A DNA stretch of 64,000 nt from Leucoraja ocellata (taxonomy: Eukaryota). The DNA is taken from the NCBI GenBank assembly GCA_036785375.1, contig JAWMAR010000133.1, positions 2,232,001-2,296,000 on the forward strand, in the 5' to 3' direction. Shown piece by piece: positions 26,631 to 39,597 of the stretch. Positions within the stretch are counted from its first letter, which is position 1, and the number at the start of each line of letters is the position of its first letter. Made by a program: the position numbers and the translations under genes. Below the pieces are notes generated by a model. The model did no database searches, had not been told where the DNA came from, and saw nothing but the letters and a program-made list of their open reading frames with translations.

Positions 26631-27634
26631 CCGTCCTACTGAAACAAAATGGCACTAATAATTGGACATATTTCAAATGTACTTAAATCAAGAAATGAAA
26701 TACAGAAATATAATGACATCTCATTTTACGCAGTCAAAATTACTTTTTGCAACTTCGAGCCAGCACCGCCATTCAATGTGATCATGGCCTATCATCCCCA
26801 ATCAGTACCCCGTTCCTGCCTTCTCCCCATATCCCCTGACTCCGCTATCCTTGAAGAGCTCTACCTAGCTCTCCCTTGAAATTATCCAGAGAACCTGCCT
26901 CCACCACTAAGGCAGAGAATTCCACACACTCACAACTCTCTGTGAGAAAAAGTGTTTCCTCGTCTCCGTTCTAAATGACTTACCCCTTATTCTTAAACTG
27001 TGGCCCCTGGTTCAACGAATTCAACAATATTAAAATCTTAAACTAATTAAGAATTGGGCAAGAACTCAAATGGTTCTGCAGGGAATGAGGATATGGATCA
27101 TGTGCAGGCAGATGAGATTAGTTTATCTTGATATTGTGTTCGGCATTGATATTGTGGGCTTAACGATACGAAACTTTATTCATCCCCAGAGAGAAATTGG
27201 TCTGCTGACAGTCATCATGCAACAAGCTACACGAAAACTTGAAATTAAAATTAAATTAAAAGTGAGAAAAAAAAGAAAAAGACATAAGGGCATGTTCCTG
27301 TGCGATAAGTGTTCTGTACACTATAAAATGGATATTGAAACAATGGATGAAACTGATGAAGGGTCTCGACCTGAAACGTCACCTATTCCTTTTCTCCAGA
27401 GATGCTGTCTGACCCGCTGAGTTACTCCAGCTTTTTGTGTCTATCTTCGGTCTAAACTAGCATCTGCAGTTTCATCCTACAGAAGAAATGTTGACCCTGG
27501 AGACTGTAGATGCTGGCACCTTGAGCAAAAAACAAGGGTCCCGACCCATATCCCTCCAAGGTGCTACATGACCCATTGAGTTCCTCCAGCAGTTTGTATT
27601 TCTACAGAAGAAATGTTAGCAGGATTAAGAACGC

Positions 27635-28001
27635 ACCGTGGCAACTACACTTACCCCCCTGCAGGACCTATACACTAGAAGGTGCAGATCCAAAGCCAGC
27701 AAGATATTGAAGGACCCCTACCACCCCAGCAACGGACTGTTCCAGTTCCAGCTGCTACGGTCAGGCAAGGGCCTCCGCTGTCACTCTGCGTTAAACAGAG
27801 AGGATGAGACGGAGTTTCTTCCCACAGGCCGTCAGGACTGTAAACTCCCATCTCACCAGGGACCAATTTACTGTTGTGTCTTTTTTTAAATGTAAATACT
27901 GGTTCTGTTCTGTAGTTTTGCATAATCCCGCAGGCATTGCCACTTTCATTTCACTGTACATCTCGTATGTGTATGTGACAAATAAAGTTGACTTGACTTG
28001 A
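27635..28001 (+). mobile_element. Rex1/Babar LINE 3' fragment (same family as 421-1045)
   Basis: LQDLYTRRCRSKASKILKDPYHPSNGLF; ends AATAAAG(TTGAC)n. Confidence 0.85.
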
Positions 28002-29499
28002 GATGAGCCACGACAGCACTGGGACATTTTTGCAGGCAGCCTGCAGGAGTGCACCATCTGGAATGCCTTTGCTCCTACCCTTGCCCCTGACTTCAGAAAT
28101 CTAACCTCCTGCCACATAGACAGACTTTGAAAAGGGTGGCACCAGCAAAGAGGACTGAGAAGCGCTAGCCTAGGGAGGCAGGGGAGCGCCTAGGGGACTG
28201 TTTCAAATCAATGGAATGAATCATGTTCAAGGATTCGTGACCTGGATGAATACCAAGTTGACAATAAACGTGTGGATGAATGTGTACCTAACAACATACC
28301 AAGTCTTCCCCAACCAGAATATCCGGCTGAACCGGGAGCTCCATTTCCTGCTCAGAGATGCATCACCAGCCTTACGGAAGTTTAGGACTGATAATTGCAC
28401 CATACAAAAAGTCAGGTGTGAGCACCTGAGGGCCATCGCGAGCAGTGACAATTCCAAACTTAGCTGGTGTCCTTAACGAATGTGGCAGGATGTGAACACT
28501 ATCACTTCCAATGAGGTGAAACTGGGTAGTGTAAGTGGCAATGATGCCTCACTTCCAGAGGAGCTCAATGTCCTTTTATGTACACTTTGAAAGGGGAAGC
28601 AACGAGACACCTACACGAACCCTGACAACCCTACATGGTGGCACAGCGGTAGCGTTTAGTTTTAGTTTTAGAGACACAACGCGGAAAAAGACCCTTTGGC
28701 CCACCGAGCCCGCGGCAACCAGCGATCCCCGCACATTAACATTGTCCTACACTAGGGACAATTTACACATACGCCAAGCCAATTAACCTACAAACCTGTA
28801 TGTCTTTGGAGTGTGGGAGGAAACCGAACATCTCGGAGAAAGCCCACGCGGTCACGGGGAGAAGGTACAAACTCCGCACAGACAGCACTTACAGTCAGGA
28901 TCGAACCTGGGTGTCCGGCACTGCTCTCCCTCTGCGCCACTATGCCACCTCACTGCTTTACAGCGGCCATGTTCGATCCTAACTACGGGCGGGTACTGTC
29001 TATACGGAGTTTGGATGTTATCCCCATGACCGCATGGGTTTTCCCCGGGTGCTCCAGTACACTCCCTCACTGTAAGTCCACCTCAAGGCTGCGTGCTTAG
29101 CCCCCAGCTCCGCTCTCTTTACATCCATGACTGTACGGTTAAGCACAGCATTCTACAAACTCACTGATGACACCACTGTTGCTGGCGGATCACAGGCGGT
29201 GATGACTCAGCATACAGGAGGGGTCAAGGAAAGAGCGTTCACCTAGCGGCCCTGTTTCCACCAATCTTTCCGCCTCCGCGCACAAGAAGCGACAAGACAG
29301 ACACGATTGTATGCAGATGCCGAGATGTGTGTTCAGCTCTGGCTGAACAACTTCTAATCTTGTGTGTGGACTCGATAAGAAGAAGAAGCATACAGGAGGA
29401 GCGAGACATGGTTGTGAGGTGTCGCTATAGCAACTTTCTGCTCAACATCAACAAGACCACAAAATAAAAGTTGATTTCAGAAAGAGAAAGACACCCAGC

Positions 29500-29837
29500 A
29501 ACTGGTGATGTCCATGAATCGCAGACTTCAAGCAGTCATTGCATGCAAAGGATATGCAACAAAATTACTAAACATGACTACTTTCATTTACACGACATTG
29601 CTGTGTCCCAAACATTATGGTGCCCTGAAATGGGGGGGGGGGGGGGAAACTATGTATAAACACAGCGGTAATTTCTACATGGTGAAACCAAAATGTATAA
29701 AAATGGCCTTTGTTAAAATCTGACAATGTGCACTTTAACCACATGTGATTGTTTTCTATTACATATCTCAAATTGTGGAGTACAAAGGCAAATAAATAAA
29801 TGATGGGTCTTTGTCCCAAACATTATGGAGGGTACTG
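29500..29837 (+). mobile_element. Tc1/mariner 3' fragment with IR/DR-type right end
   Basis: MSMNRRLQAVIACKGYATK transposase C-terminus; TGTCCCAAACATTATGG repeated near 29604 and 29812; ends ACTG|TA. Confidence 0.8.
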
Positions 29838-29867
29838 TATTAACATTATCCTACACTAGGGACAATT

Positions 29868-30157
29868 TAGAAACATAGAAAATAGGTGCAGTAGTAGGCC
29901 ATTCGGCCCATCGAGCCTGCACCGCCATTCAATGTGATCATGGCTGATCTTCCAACTTCGTATCCTGTTCCTGCCTTCTCTCCATACCCCCTGATCCCTT
30001 TAGCCACAAGGGCCACATCTAACTCACTCTTAAATATAGCCAATGAACTGGCCTCAACTACCTTCTGCGGGAGAGAATTCCAGAGATTCACCACTCTCTG
30101 TGTGAAAAAAGTTTTCCTCATCTCGGTCCTAAAAGATTCCCCCCTTATCCTTAAACT
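29868..30157 (-). mobile_element. CR1 LINE 3' end
   Basis: [14 protein letters not shown]; TTCTATGT tail. Confidence 0.85.
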
Positions 30158-32031
30158 CCTTAATACATTTACATTTATTCCAAGCCAAACCTGCACATAT
30201 TTGGAGTGTGGGAGGAAACCGAAGATCTCGGAGAAAACCCACGCAGGTTATGAAGAGAACGTGCAAACTCCCGTAGTCAGGATCAAACCCAGGTCTCTGG
30301 CGCTGAAAGGCAGCAGCTATACCGCTGCGCCACTGTGCTGCCCCAGGTCAGTGATATTTTCTTTGGAAATAATTCCTGGGTAGGTGTCTTGTCTCTGATT
30401 TACAGTTTCATATTTCTAAAATAAAGCATCATTGCTTTCTCCTAAAGTACTGCTGACGCTGAAAATAGTGAAATACTCTGAAGGTTAGGCAGCATTTGGC
30501 AGAGAGAGAGAAACAGATTTAAAGGGTTGGATTTGTGACCTTGCAGCAGGATTGGAAAAACTTGGAAATTGGTTTTAACTTCTAGAGAAAAAGATCAGAG
30601 CTGATTACAACAAAAGGGAAGGTCTGTGATTGGAAGAAAACCTAAAGATTGATTTAAACAAGTGGTGTGTTAGCTGAAGGAAGATGTTGAAGGCTTGTGT
30701 CGTTTGTCATAAATTGCTGATTCAGGTGTTTTTCTGGAAGACAGAGGGGGGAGGGAGAGAGAGGGTGCGGGAGAGAGGGGGGGGGAGGGAGAGAGGGGGG
30801 GAGAGAGAGAGATTATCTTGCAATTTCCAGTGGCCACCAACTAACCCAGCAATGTGCACATGTTTGGGATGTGGGTGGAGCCCCAAGCACCCAGAAGAAG
30901 CGGGGAGAAGAGGCAGCAGCTCTACTAGCTGCGATCCTGTGCCGGCTTGTGCCATTGTGGCGCCCCAATAGAATGAGAGTTGGTAATTAATTATTGCAGA
31001 GGGGGAATGTGAATTCAAGACTATATTGGCAAATGATCTTGGTAATTTCTTCATCTGACATTGACAGCAGGGGCGATCTCAATTCTGCGCTGTTAGATGA
31101 TCTGTCCTGCAGATACGATAGCAAATTCTGTTTTCAAGTTCAAGTGTATTTGGGTTTTTTTGAAGAACAGAACATTATCCTAGCTCCTGTACCCCCACAT
31201 TTGAGTTAACAAAATAGATAATTGCTGTCGTGGAGTCTTGTTTTGGACCATAATTATGTTGCTTCTTGGCAATGGATGATATCTGAAATGGTTGAGGTTT
31301 GTTGAAAAAGTATGTGGGCCAAAACACAAGGCAGATTCATTCTTATACCTGCATTCTTTGACTTTCAGATTGTATTGCTAAGATGCTCAGTTTTACTAAA
31401 TGCTGCCTTCCCCACCTGTAATGAACGTTTAGGTTTAAGTCTTTTTTAATTCTGTTAGAAAGATGAGCTCCTTAAGGTCTAAAAAGATTTAAAGAGAGTT
31501 AGATTTAGCTCTTAGGGCTAATGGAATCTAGGGATATGGGGAGAAAGCAGGAAGTGGGTACTGATTTTGGATGATCAGCCATGATCATATTGAATGGGAG
31601 GCTACTGCTGCACCGATTTTTCTAAGATTTGCAAATCTTTCAAATATCCTGAAGAAGAAAAGTAATCTATAAGCAGGCATGATTTTAAGTGTTCATTCTC
31701 AGCATTTAGCTGTATTGTAACTAACTTGCATGCAGGTTTATAGGTTAATTGGCTTCTGTAAATTGCCCCTAGTGTAGAGAGTGGATGAGAAAGCGGGGTA
31801 TCTAGTGTGAATAGGTGATTGATGGTCAATGTAGATTCGGTGGGCTGAAGGACCTGTTTCCATTCTATCTCTTTTAAGAAAAACGTCAAAAATTAAGCAT
31901 TTTCTTCATATTGTAACAAATTCAGTCTCCACAGTTAATGTTTTGTGGGTGAAATATTCGCCTCATTACTTATTTTGATTTGGGGTATTATCTCATTGAT
32001 GCTGAATTGAACTGAATTGTCATATTTTTAG

Positions 32032-32150
32032 ATCTAAAAACGGATGAAAAGGGAAATTGTATCCTGCCTGAAGCAGCCGGCTCACTTCCCCAAGAAATTG
32101 ACCCCAACAAAGAAAATGATGTGCTGTTTACTTACTCTGTCCGTTGGGAG
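32032..32150 (+). pseudogene. Duplicated TM9SF4 exon 7
   Basis: 119 nt, intact AG/GT, 2 substitutions (M>T at 32041, H>R at 32143). Confidence 0.92.
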
Positions 32151-33089
32151 GTGAGTATGTTGTTCGAGATCAATGATCCTAATGGAACCCAACTTGCAGT
32201 AGGACTCGTATCTATCGTGATTACTGATTCAGTAAGAATGTTCGAGACACGGGCTGAGAACTCATCACAAATGCAGGAAATTACAACTTAAATGCAATAC
32301 TATTGTGGAGAAGTGTAAAGCTAATGGTGGCATTGTTGTGAAAATGCATTTGGTGCATTCATGTCATTTGTGAAATGAAATCCGTTATCTTTATCCTTTC
32401 TGACCCACAAGCATGTGATTGACTTTGAAATATGTTGCCAAGCCACTCGGATGTATTCAAAGCAATTAGGGTTAGGCAATGCAGCGGTATCGAGGATCTA
32501 AATGATTTTATAACTAAATATTTCTGCAGGAATTTCTTTAGCCAGAGGGTGGTGAATCTGTGGAATTCATTGCAACTGATGGCTATGGAGGCCAAGTCAT
32601 TGGGTATTTTTACAGCAGAGATTACAGGTTCTAGATTAGTAATGGCATCAAAGGTTACGAGGAGAAGGCTGGAGAATGAGGTGGAGAGGGAAAAATAGAT
32701 CGCCCATGATCGAATGGCAGAGAAAACCTGATGGGCCGAATAGCCTAATTCTGCTCCTATGTCTTGTGGTCTTACGCTGCATTTAAATGAGTCATTTGCT
32801 TTTAATAGGCCGACTCCAAACTTGAAGTGATTGGGAGGTTTCATAGGGTTAAAGTTTGTCTTTAAAATTCAAGAAATATGAACCACAAAACTATGTAGTG
32901 ATGATCTTTTATTTCTTTTATGGTACACTAGAAAACATCTGCTTTTATTTGTATGTATGAACATGTGTCAACATGACCTGCAAGTTGTCTTGCGATGGAC
33001 TTCTGTATCACTAGTCTGGCCTGGGGTCATGGCAAGTTAAAATTGCTCAATAGCAAGTTAACATCCAAATCATTAACTTGTATTTTCAG

Positions 33090-33201
33090 GGTGGTCCTAT
33101 TAAATGGGCATCTCGCTGGGACACTTACTTAACCATGAGTGACGTGCAGATACACTGGTTCTCCATTGTCAATTCCGTTGTTGTTGTTTTCTTCCTCTCT
33201 G
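33090..33201 (+). pseudogene. Duplicated TM9SF4 exon 8
   Basis: 112 nt, intact AG/GT, 1 substitution (S>G at 33093). Confidence 0.92.
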
Positions 33202-33588
33202 GTGAGTTGATGATTGCTACGTTTTTCATTTTATGCAAAGGGAATCTTCACATCTACATTATTAAGCACTAACCTTGGAGGATAAATGTACGGTAGTCAC
33301 TAATAAAATTAATGAAGTATTCAAGGGGAATATAGTTTTTTTTAATCAAAGGTATAGGAGACCCCATAGCAGAAGCGTCCATGTTGCGGGAGCTGGAAAC
33401 TGGAAGTATCCTGAGCTAATTCTGCTACCACCATCATCTATTGCAACATTGCCACTGAGTGCCATCGTCCGTCTTATGCCTCCTCTTGGAAGTTGGCGTC
33501 CTTTTCAGGATGGCCGATGACAGCGATGTCAACATTTTAAACATGGAAGATGGATGCCAAAGAAGAAAGTTATAGGTAAAAAGTAGAA

Positions 33589-33850
33589 GATAGACAAAAA
33601 TGCTGGAGAAACTCAGCGGGTGCAGCAGCATCTATGGAGCAAAGGAAATAGGCAACGTTTCGGGTCGAAACCCAAAGGGTTTCGGCCTGAAACGTTGCCT
33701 ATTTCCTATTGCCTATTTTCTTCCCTTTTCTTTCCAGCATCTATGGAGCGAAGGGAATAGGCAACGTTTCGGGTGCTGCTGCACCCGCTGAGTTTCTCCA
33801 GCATTTTTGTCTACCTTCGATTTTCCAGCATCTGCAGTTCCTTCTTAAAC
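33589..33850. mobile_element. Penelope-derived foldback element (rearranged)
   Basis: 15-bp TSD AGGTAAAAAGTAGAA (33574-33588 and 33851-33865). Confidence 0.8.
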
Positions 33851-34211
33851 AGGTAAAAAGTAGAACTAGTGCAAGACATTTGATGCAAAAGATGGGATTG
33901 TGTATAATGGCATCTTAAATAAAAATAAACAACTTTTGAATTGATTAGATGAAGAAGGGTTTAAAAGTGTTTATGTGCCACGTCGGTAGGTTAAGATGGA
34001 TGACTTGCTTCAATGTTCGGAAGACACTGTCTCTATACGATAAATAAAATGCTGCCTTTAACTGTAATGGGACTACCAGGGTATCAGTGCCTGGTACGGC
34101 AATTCCAAAGCATACAAACACAAGATGCGGCAGAGAGTTGTGGTTCAGCCTCGTCCTTCCCGGCACTACCCTCCATACCATTAAAGGCGCCCACACAAGA
34201 TGCTGTCTCAA

Positions 34212-34590
34212 GAATGGGTCGACTGGGCTTGTATTCACAGGAATTTAGAAGGATGAGAGGAGATCTCATGGAAACATATAACATTCTTAAAGGATTGGAC
34301 AGGCAAGATGCGGGAAAAATGTTCCCGATGTTGGGGGAGTCCAGAACCACAGTTTAAGAATAAGGGGTCGGCCATTTAGGACTGAGATGAGGAAAAGCGT
34401 TTTCACCCAGAGAGTTGTGAATGTGGAATTCTCTGCCACAGAAGGCAGTGGAGGCCAATTCACTGGATGTTTTCAACAGGGAGTTAGATTTAGCTCTTCG
34501 GGCTAAAGGAATCAGCCATGATCATATTGAATGGCGGTGCTGGCTCGAAGGGCCGAATGGCCTACTGCTGCACCTATTTTGCCATGTTTC
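34212..34590 (+). mobile_element. CR1 LINE 3' fragment nested in an older Rex1-like fragment
   Basis: RLGLYSQEFRRMRGDLMETY motif and 3' tail. Confidence 0.75.
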
Positions 34591-35865
34591 TAAGAAGCGT
34601 CATCTATCAAAAAGGATTCTCACTATCCGGATCATACCCGTTTCTTGCTGCTATCAATGAGCAGGAGGTACAGAAACTGAAGTCCCACACCACCAGGTCC
34701 AGCAACAGCTGCTTTCAGATGACCGTCAGGTTCTTTAACAGACCCACACAACCGTAATCCTACTTCAGCCATGGAACACTACACACCAGCCTTTGAACTA
34801 CCATTTTTACACATCTTTTTTCTTTTTGATGCCTTGCACAAAACGTATAACTAATGTTTTTGTCTGTTGTCTGAGTCTATCTGCCCACGATGCTGCTCGA
34901 TCAAAGGTAGACAAAAGTGCTGGAGAAACTCAGCGGGTGCAGCGGCATCTATGGAGCGAAGGAAATAGGCAACGTTTCGGCTCGAAACGTTGCCTATTTC
35001 CTTCGCTCCATAGATGCCGCTGCACCGGCTGAGTTTCTCCAGCACTTTTGTCTACCTTCGATTTTCCAGCATCTGCAGTTCCTTCTTAAACAACATTCTG
35101 CTCCATCAAGATTCTTGTTGTACCTGCAGCTCACAATACTTTTGTATTGGACAATAAAATAGTAGACTTGACCAAGACTGAATTGGATGAGTCTTGCTTT
35201 CATGTGGAAATGGATAAAGAGGTGCAGCGTGAAAATAAAACAACATGTAAATGTTGGAGATCTGGGATAAAACAGCAAATGCTAGAAACACTTAGCAGCT
35301 CGGACAGTAACTGTGGAAGGTGAAACAATCAACATTTCAGGTCGAAGGGCCTTCCTCAGACTCCACAGTTGATGCCAGACATGCGGCTTGTCTTCAGCAT
35401 TTTCAGTTTTTATTAAATGGACAGAGAAATTCATTAAGAGATAGAATTTCCATGATTTCTTCGAGCTTTACAGTGCAGTTGCATATTGTGCATGTTTTAA
35501 AAAGTATCAATTCACGACAGTGTTCAATATCCAATTATATATAAATATTTTATGATGAGATTTCCCTTCACAATTACAACTTTTACTCTGCAATGCAAGA
35601 TGTCCCAAAGCTACTACTTCCTCCTTCACCCTACCCAATCCTTCCTTTGTCTTATTTACAACATTTGCAATTTATGTTAGATGTAGGCAATTTTTTTTTG
35701 ATATATCGCCATGGCATTCTAAATTATGTGCACTGCCTTTAGTTTCATAATAACAACAAATAATTGAGAGCAGAAAGATTAAAGGTGAGTGGGAAAAGAT
35801 TCAAAAGGAAATGGAGGGGCAACATTTTGGGGGTGGGTGTATGGAATGAGCTGCCAGAAGAGGTA

Positions 35866-36046
35866 TTTATGAAGGAACTGCAGATGTTGGAAAATCGGTA
35901 GACAAAAATGCTGGAGAAACTCAGCGGGTGCAGCATCATCTAAGGAGCGAAGGAAATAGGCAACGTTTCGGGTCGAAACGTTGCCTGTTTCCTTCGCTCC
36001 ATAGATGCTGCCTCGCCCGCTGAGTTTCTCCAGCACTTTTGTCTAC
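35866..36046. mobile_element. Penelope-derived foldback element (similar copies at approx. 25477-25668, 34905-35090, 37211-37427)
   Basis: 15-bp TSD CTGCCARAAGAGGTA. Confidence 0.75.
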
Positions 36047-39000
36047 CTGCCAAAAGAGGTAGTTGCGGCAGATACTATAACAACATTGAATAGCTATTTA
36101 GACATGTATATGGATATGAAAGGTGCAGAGGATATATATGGGCCAAACGCAGGTAAACAGTTCAAGGTATCACATAGCTAGATTGAAATAAAGCCAAAGT
36201 TCTGAAAAATGAATTAAAGATCAAGCCAAATGTCCACGCAGCCAAATAATGAAAAAACAATTGACATCACTTCCTGTCACATTTCTGGATTCAGCAGATT
36301 TATTACATTGGTTCAAGTGTTATCAAGCCTTGACTTTAAAGTGATTCAGAAGAGAAATAAAAATCAGGACAGATCCTAGGCAATTATTTTCTAAGAGCAT
36401 ATGTAAAAATAATAAGCGACATTCCTGTAATTTAAGGTTAAAATCAAGGACTTTTCAGATAGAGTAGACTGCTAATGGATGGAAATGTCTTGCAATCGTT
36501 CAAGGAAGCTCTGGATGCCAAATAGTATTTTTGGATGGAAGATAATGGCCTCCCACGTTAAGTCTCACCATCAGGAAGTAAATGATGGTTAGGCACTTAC
36601 GCAAGAAAGAATTAATGAAAATAATTCAGGAGTCATATTTTAAATATATATTCTCAGTCAAAAATGCACAGATCAACTAGATGGGGTGGGAGATTGCAAC
36701 CTTCACGTGGTCCGCCCTGTTTCGACCAGGCCTGCAAAATCAAATAGAACAAGTTGTCCTTCAACTTCAGGCTGTGCACGCCATACGCAAGAAGAAGAAG
36801 ATTAATTAGATAATAAGATGGTTTCCCTTGAACATTCATTATTACACAATACCACTTGGTGTGTAGCTCCTGCAGATAGCAAAATAAGAATACATTTTCA
36901 AATGAATTTTCAAGTACAAGCACAACACCTTCAATAACTTTGACATATGGGGGAAAAAACGATGATTATTGGCAATAATGCTTGACAACACACCAACAGT
37001 TGTATCCACATACTTCACACAACCATATATCCAGAATTGCTTAGACACAGATTTGCTAATTCGGCTCACCGATGATGAATGTGTGTAAACAAGACAGGCA
37101 ACTACCACACACGTGTATCATTCGGTTAATAAAACATCTAGAAAATCATTTCATATACAATCTAGCAATTTAGCTATATTTTTCAACACAAGATCCAAAC
37201 TCTTTAAGTGAAGGTAGACAAAAATGCTGGAGAAACTCAGGGTTTGAGGCAGCATCTATGGAGCGAAAGAATAGGTGACGTTTCGGGTCGAGTCCCTTCA
37301 GGACCCTTCTCGACCCGAAACGTCACCTATTCCTTCGCTCCACAGATGCTGCCTCACCCGCTGAGTTTCTCCAGCATTTTTGACTGCCTGTGATTTTCCC
37401 AGCATCTGCAGTTCTCTTTCTTAAACAACTCTTAAGTGAAGTATTTTCAAGAACAGCAAGTGTGTAATCTGATACACCAAATGCTGCCCAACCTGCTGAG
37501 TTACACCAGCATTTTGTATCCATCTTTGGTATCAACCAGCATCCTTTTGATTACATTAATCAGCCTTTGAATACAGGCAGATTGTACATTGACAGTTGAA
37601 ACGACTTATCTCTTTACATTACAGCTATAACTTTTACGGTAATGTTTGGGTAATCATGAGAACTCCCTTCAGGAAAACACAATCAGTTCACAAATTGCTT
37701 CTCCAAATATTAAACATTCTAACCCGAGTAAATTCTGACAAATTCCCAGAATCACCAAAGGAAATAAATTTATCACACCTCAGAAACACCACTTGCAAAT
37801 AACTCCACACAATCAGAGGTGCCTCCAATGGGATTAAAGCAACTAAAGAATGCCCACACATAAATAACCTTGAAGGCAGCAATCCATTAAATAGAAAATT
37901 GCAGATATAAGACACCGCAGTTGCTAGAATTTTGAGCAAAACACAAAGTGCTAGAGGAACTCAGCGGGTCAGGCAGTCTGAAGAAGGGTCCCAACCCGAT
38001 AAGTTATTTGTTCATCCCCTCCCCAGATGCTGCCTTACCTGCTGTGTTCCTCCAGCACTTTGTGTTTTCCTTGTAATAGAAAACTATTATGCAGCTCAAC
38101 CCACCATTTTTAATGCAAACTTGCATCAACTATTTACTTACAACTATTTAAAAATAGCAATCTTGTTGTGTAATACCAGGCTTGTTAAACACTGTCTTGA
38201 ACCCCTGAAAAGTACTTAGATATATGCAAAATACAATGGGTGAAGTTACTGCCTTGGATTCACTCCACGAATGGTTTACATGTAGGGCGTGGAACAGTTT
38301 GACCAGCAGTCCTTCAGTTTAAATAAAGTGTGGGAAAGGCTGATGGGACAAGACATAGGAGATGCTGTGAAGGAGTTAAAGGGATTGGGCCCCCTCTGCT
38401 CCTGGATATTCAGGGGCTTTGACCACCGGCTACAGGGGCTTTGATCGCCCCGAATGCGGATGGTAGAGGAATAAGTTTGAATTTTATTGCCTTCCATCAC
38501 AGAGAGGAATGTGGAATCCACTGTGGTGGATGTTTATGTTAACATTTATGTGGTTGTGTGTCTTGTTGCTTTTCACTTAGTGTGGCCGTATGGTAACTCA
38601 AATTTCACTGTACCTTAACTGGTACATGTGACAATAAACTAGCCTTGAAACCTTGAACCTTGGAACTTTGAGTCTGGTGGGGACATTTCACAGATAAGGG
38701 CAGGGATATCACCCCAGGGACCACATGAGTGGAAAGGGTGCTTTGTGTAAAGACAGATGCAAACACTAATGCGTATGTCACAATTAAATGTACAGGCGCA
38801 AGATCAAAGTTCACACCAGGAACAGCGCGGAACAGTACAAAACAGGAACAGGCCCTTTGAGCTATGATGTCTGTGTGAAACATGATGCGAAACGAATCTA
38901 ATTTGCTTACTCGAGATCCCTATCCCTCCATATCGATCTGCCTATCCAAAAGTCTCTTAAATGCCACTAATGTATCTGTCACCCGCTGAGTTTCTCCTGC

Positions 39001-39294
39001 ATTTTTGTCTATCTTCAATGTATCTGTCTCGATCATCACTCCCCACATTGTGATCCAGCCACCTATACTGTATGTAACAGCTACTTTAAACTTTGTCCCT
39101 CACCATAAAGCTATTCCCTCTAGGCTATGACATTTTCACTTTTAGAGGAAAAAGGTTCCGACTATCTACCTTACCTCTGCTTTTCAATTTAATATACATC
39201 AGCCTTCCCTCAGCCTCCAGAGAAAACAATTCACTTATGCCCAACATCTCATAGATAATACCCTCCAATCCAGGCAACATAAGAATGTTTTTGT

Positions 39295-39597
39295 TTAGTT
39301 TAGAGACACAGCACGGACACAGGCCCTTTGACCCACCTAATCTGCGCTGACCAGCGATCCCCGCACATCAACACTATCTACACACACTAGGCACAATTTA
39401 CATTTAGACCAAGCCAATTAACCTACAAAACTGTACATCTTTGGAGTGTGCGAGGAAGCCGAAGACCTCGGAGAAAACCCACGAAGGTCACAGGGAGAAG
39501 GTACAAACTCTGTAAGGACAGCACCCATAGTCAGGATTGAACCCAGGTCTCTGGCGCTGTGAGGCAGTAACTCTATTGTTGCGCTACCGTGCTGCCC
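39295..39597 (-). mobile_element. V-SINE (HE1-like); further copies at approx. 7305-7570, 28665-28920, 30170-30343, 48838-49115, 51345-51560, 53875-54080 (minus) and 23828-24000 (plus)
   Basis: Full head-body-tail similarity to 17634-17972. Confidence 0.8.

Larger units (their letters stand above)
31605..34062 (+). pseudogene. Inverted intragenic duplication of the TM9SF4 intron 6 to intron 8 segment (approx. 14837-17617), located in intron 1
   Basis: Reverse-complement match to 14837-17617 covering exons 7 and 8 and intronic sequence; near-identical core, diverged flanks. Confidence 0.93.

Noticed and set aside
32032-33201. A>G / T>C changes as an ADAR-edited retrocopy signature
   Set aside because: The copy retains introns, and intronic differences include transversions and indels; three exonic changes are too few
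31605-34062. A second functional TM9SF paralog on the plus strand
   Set aside because: Only exons 7-8 were found; no copies of exons 1-6 or 9-12 are visible
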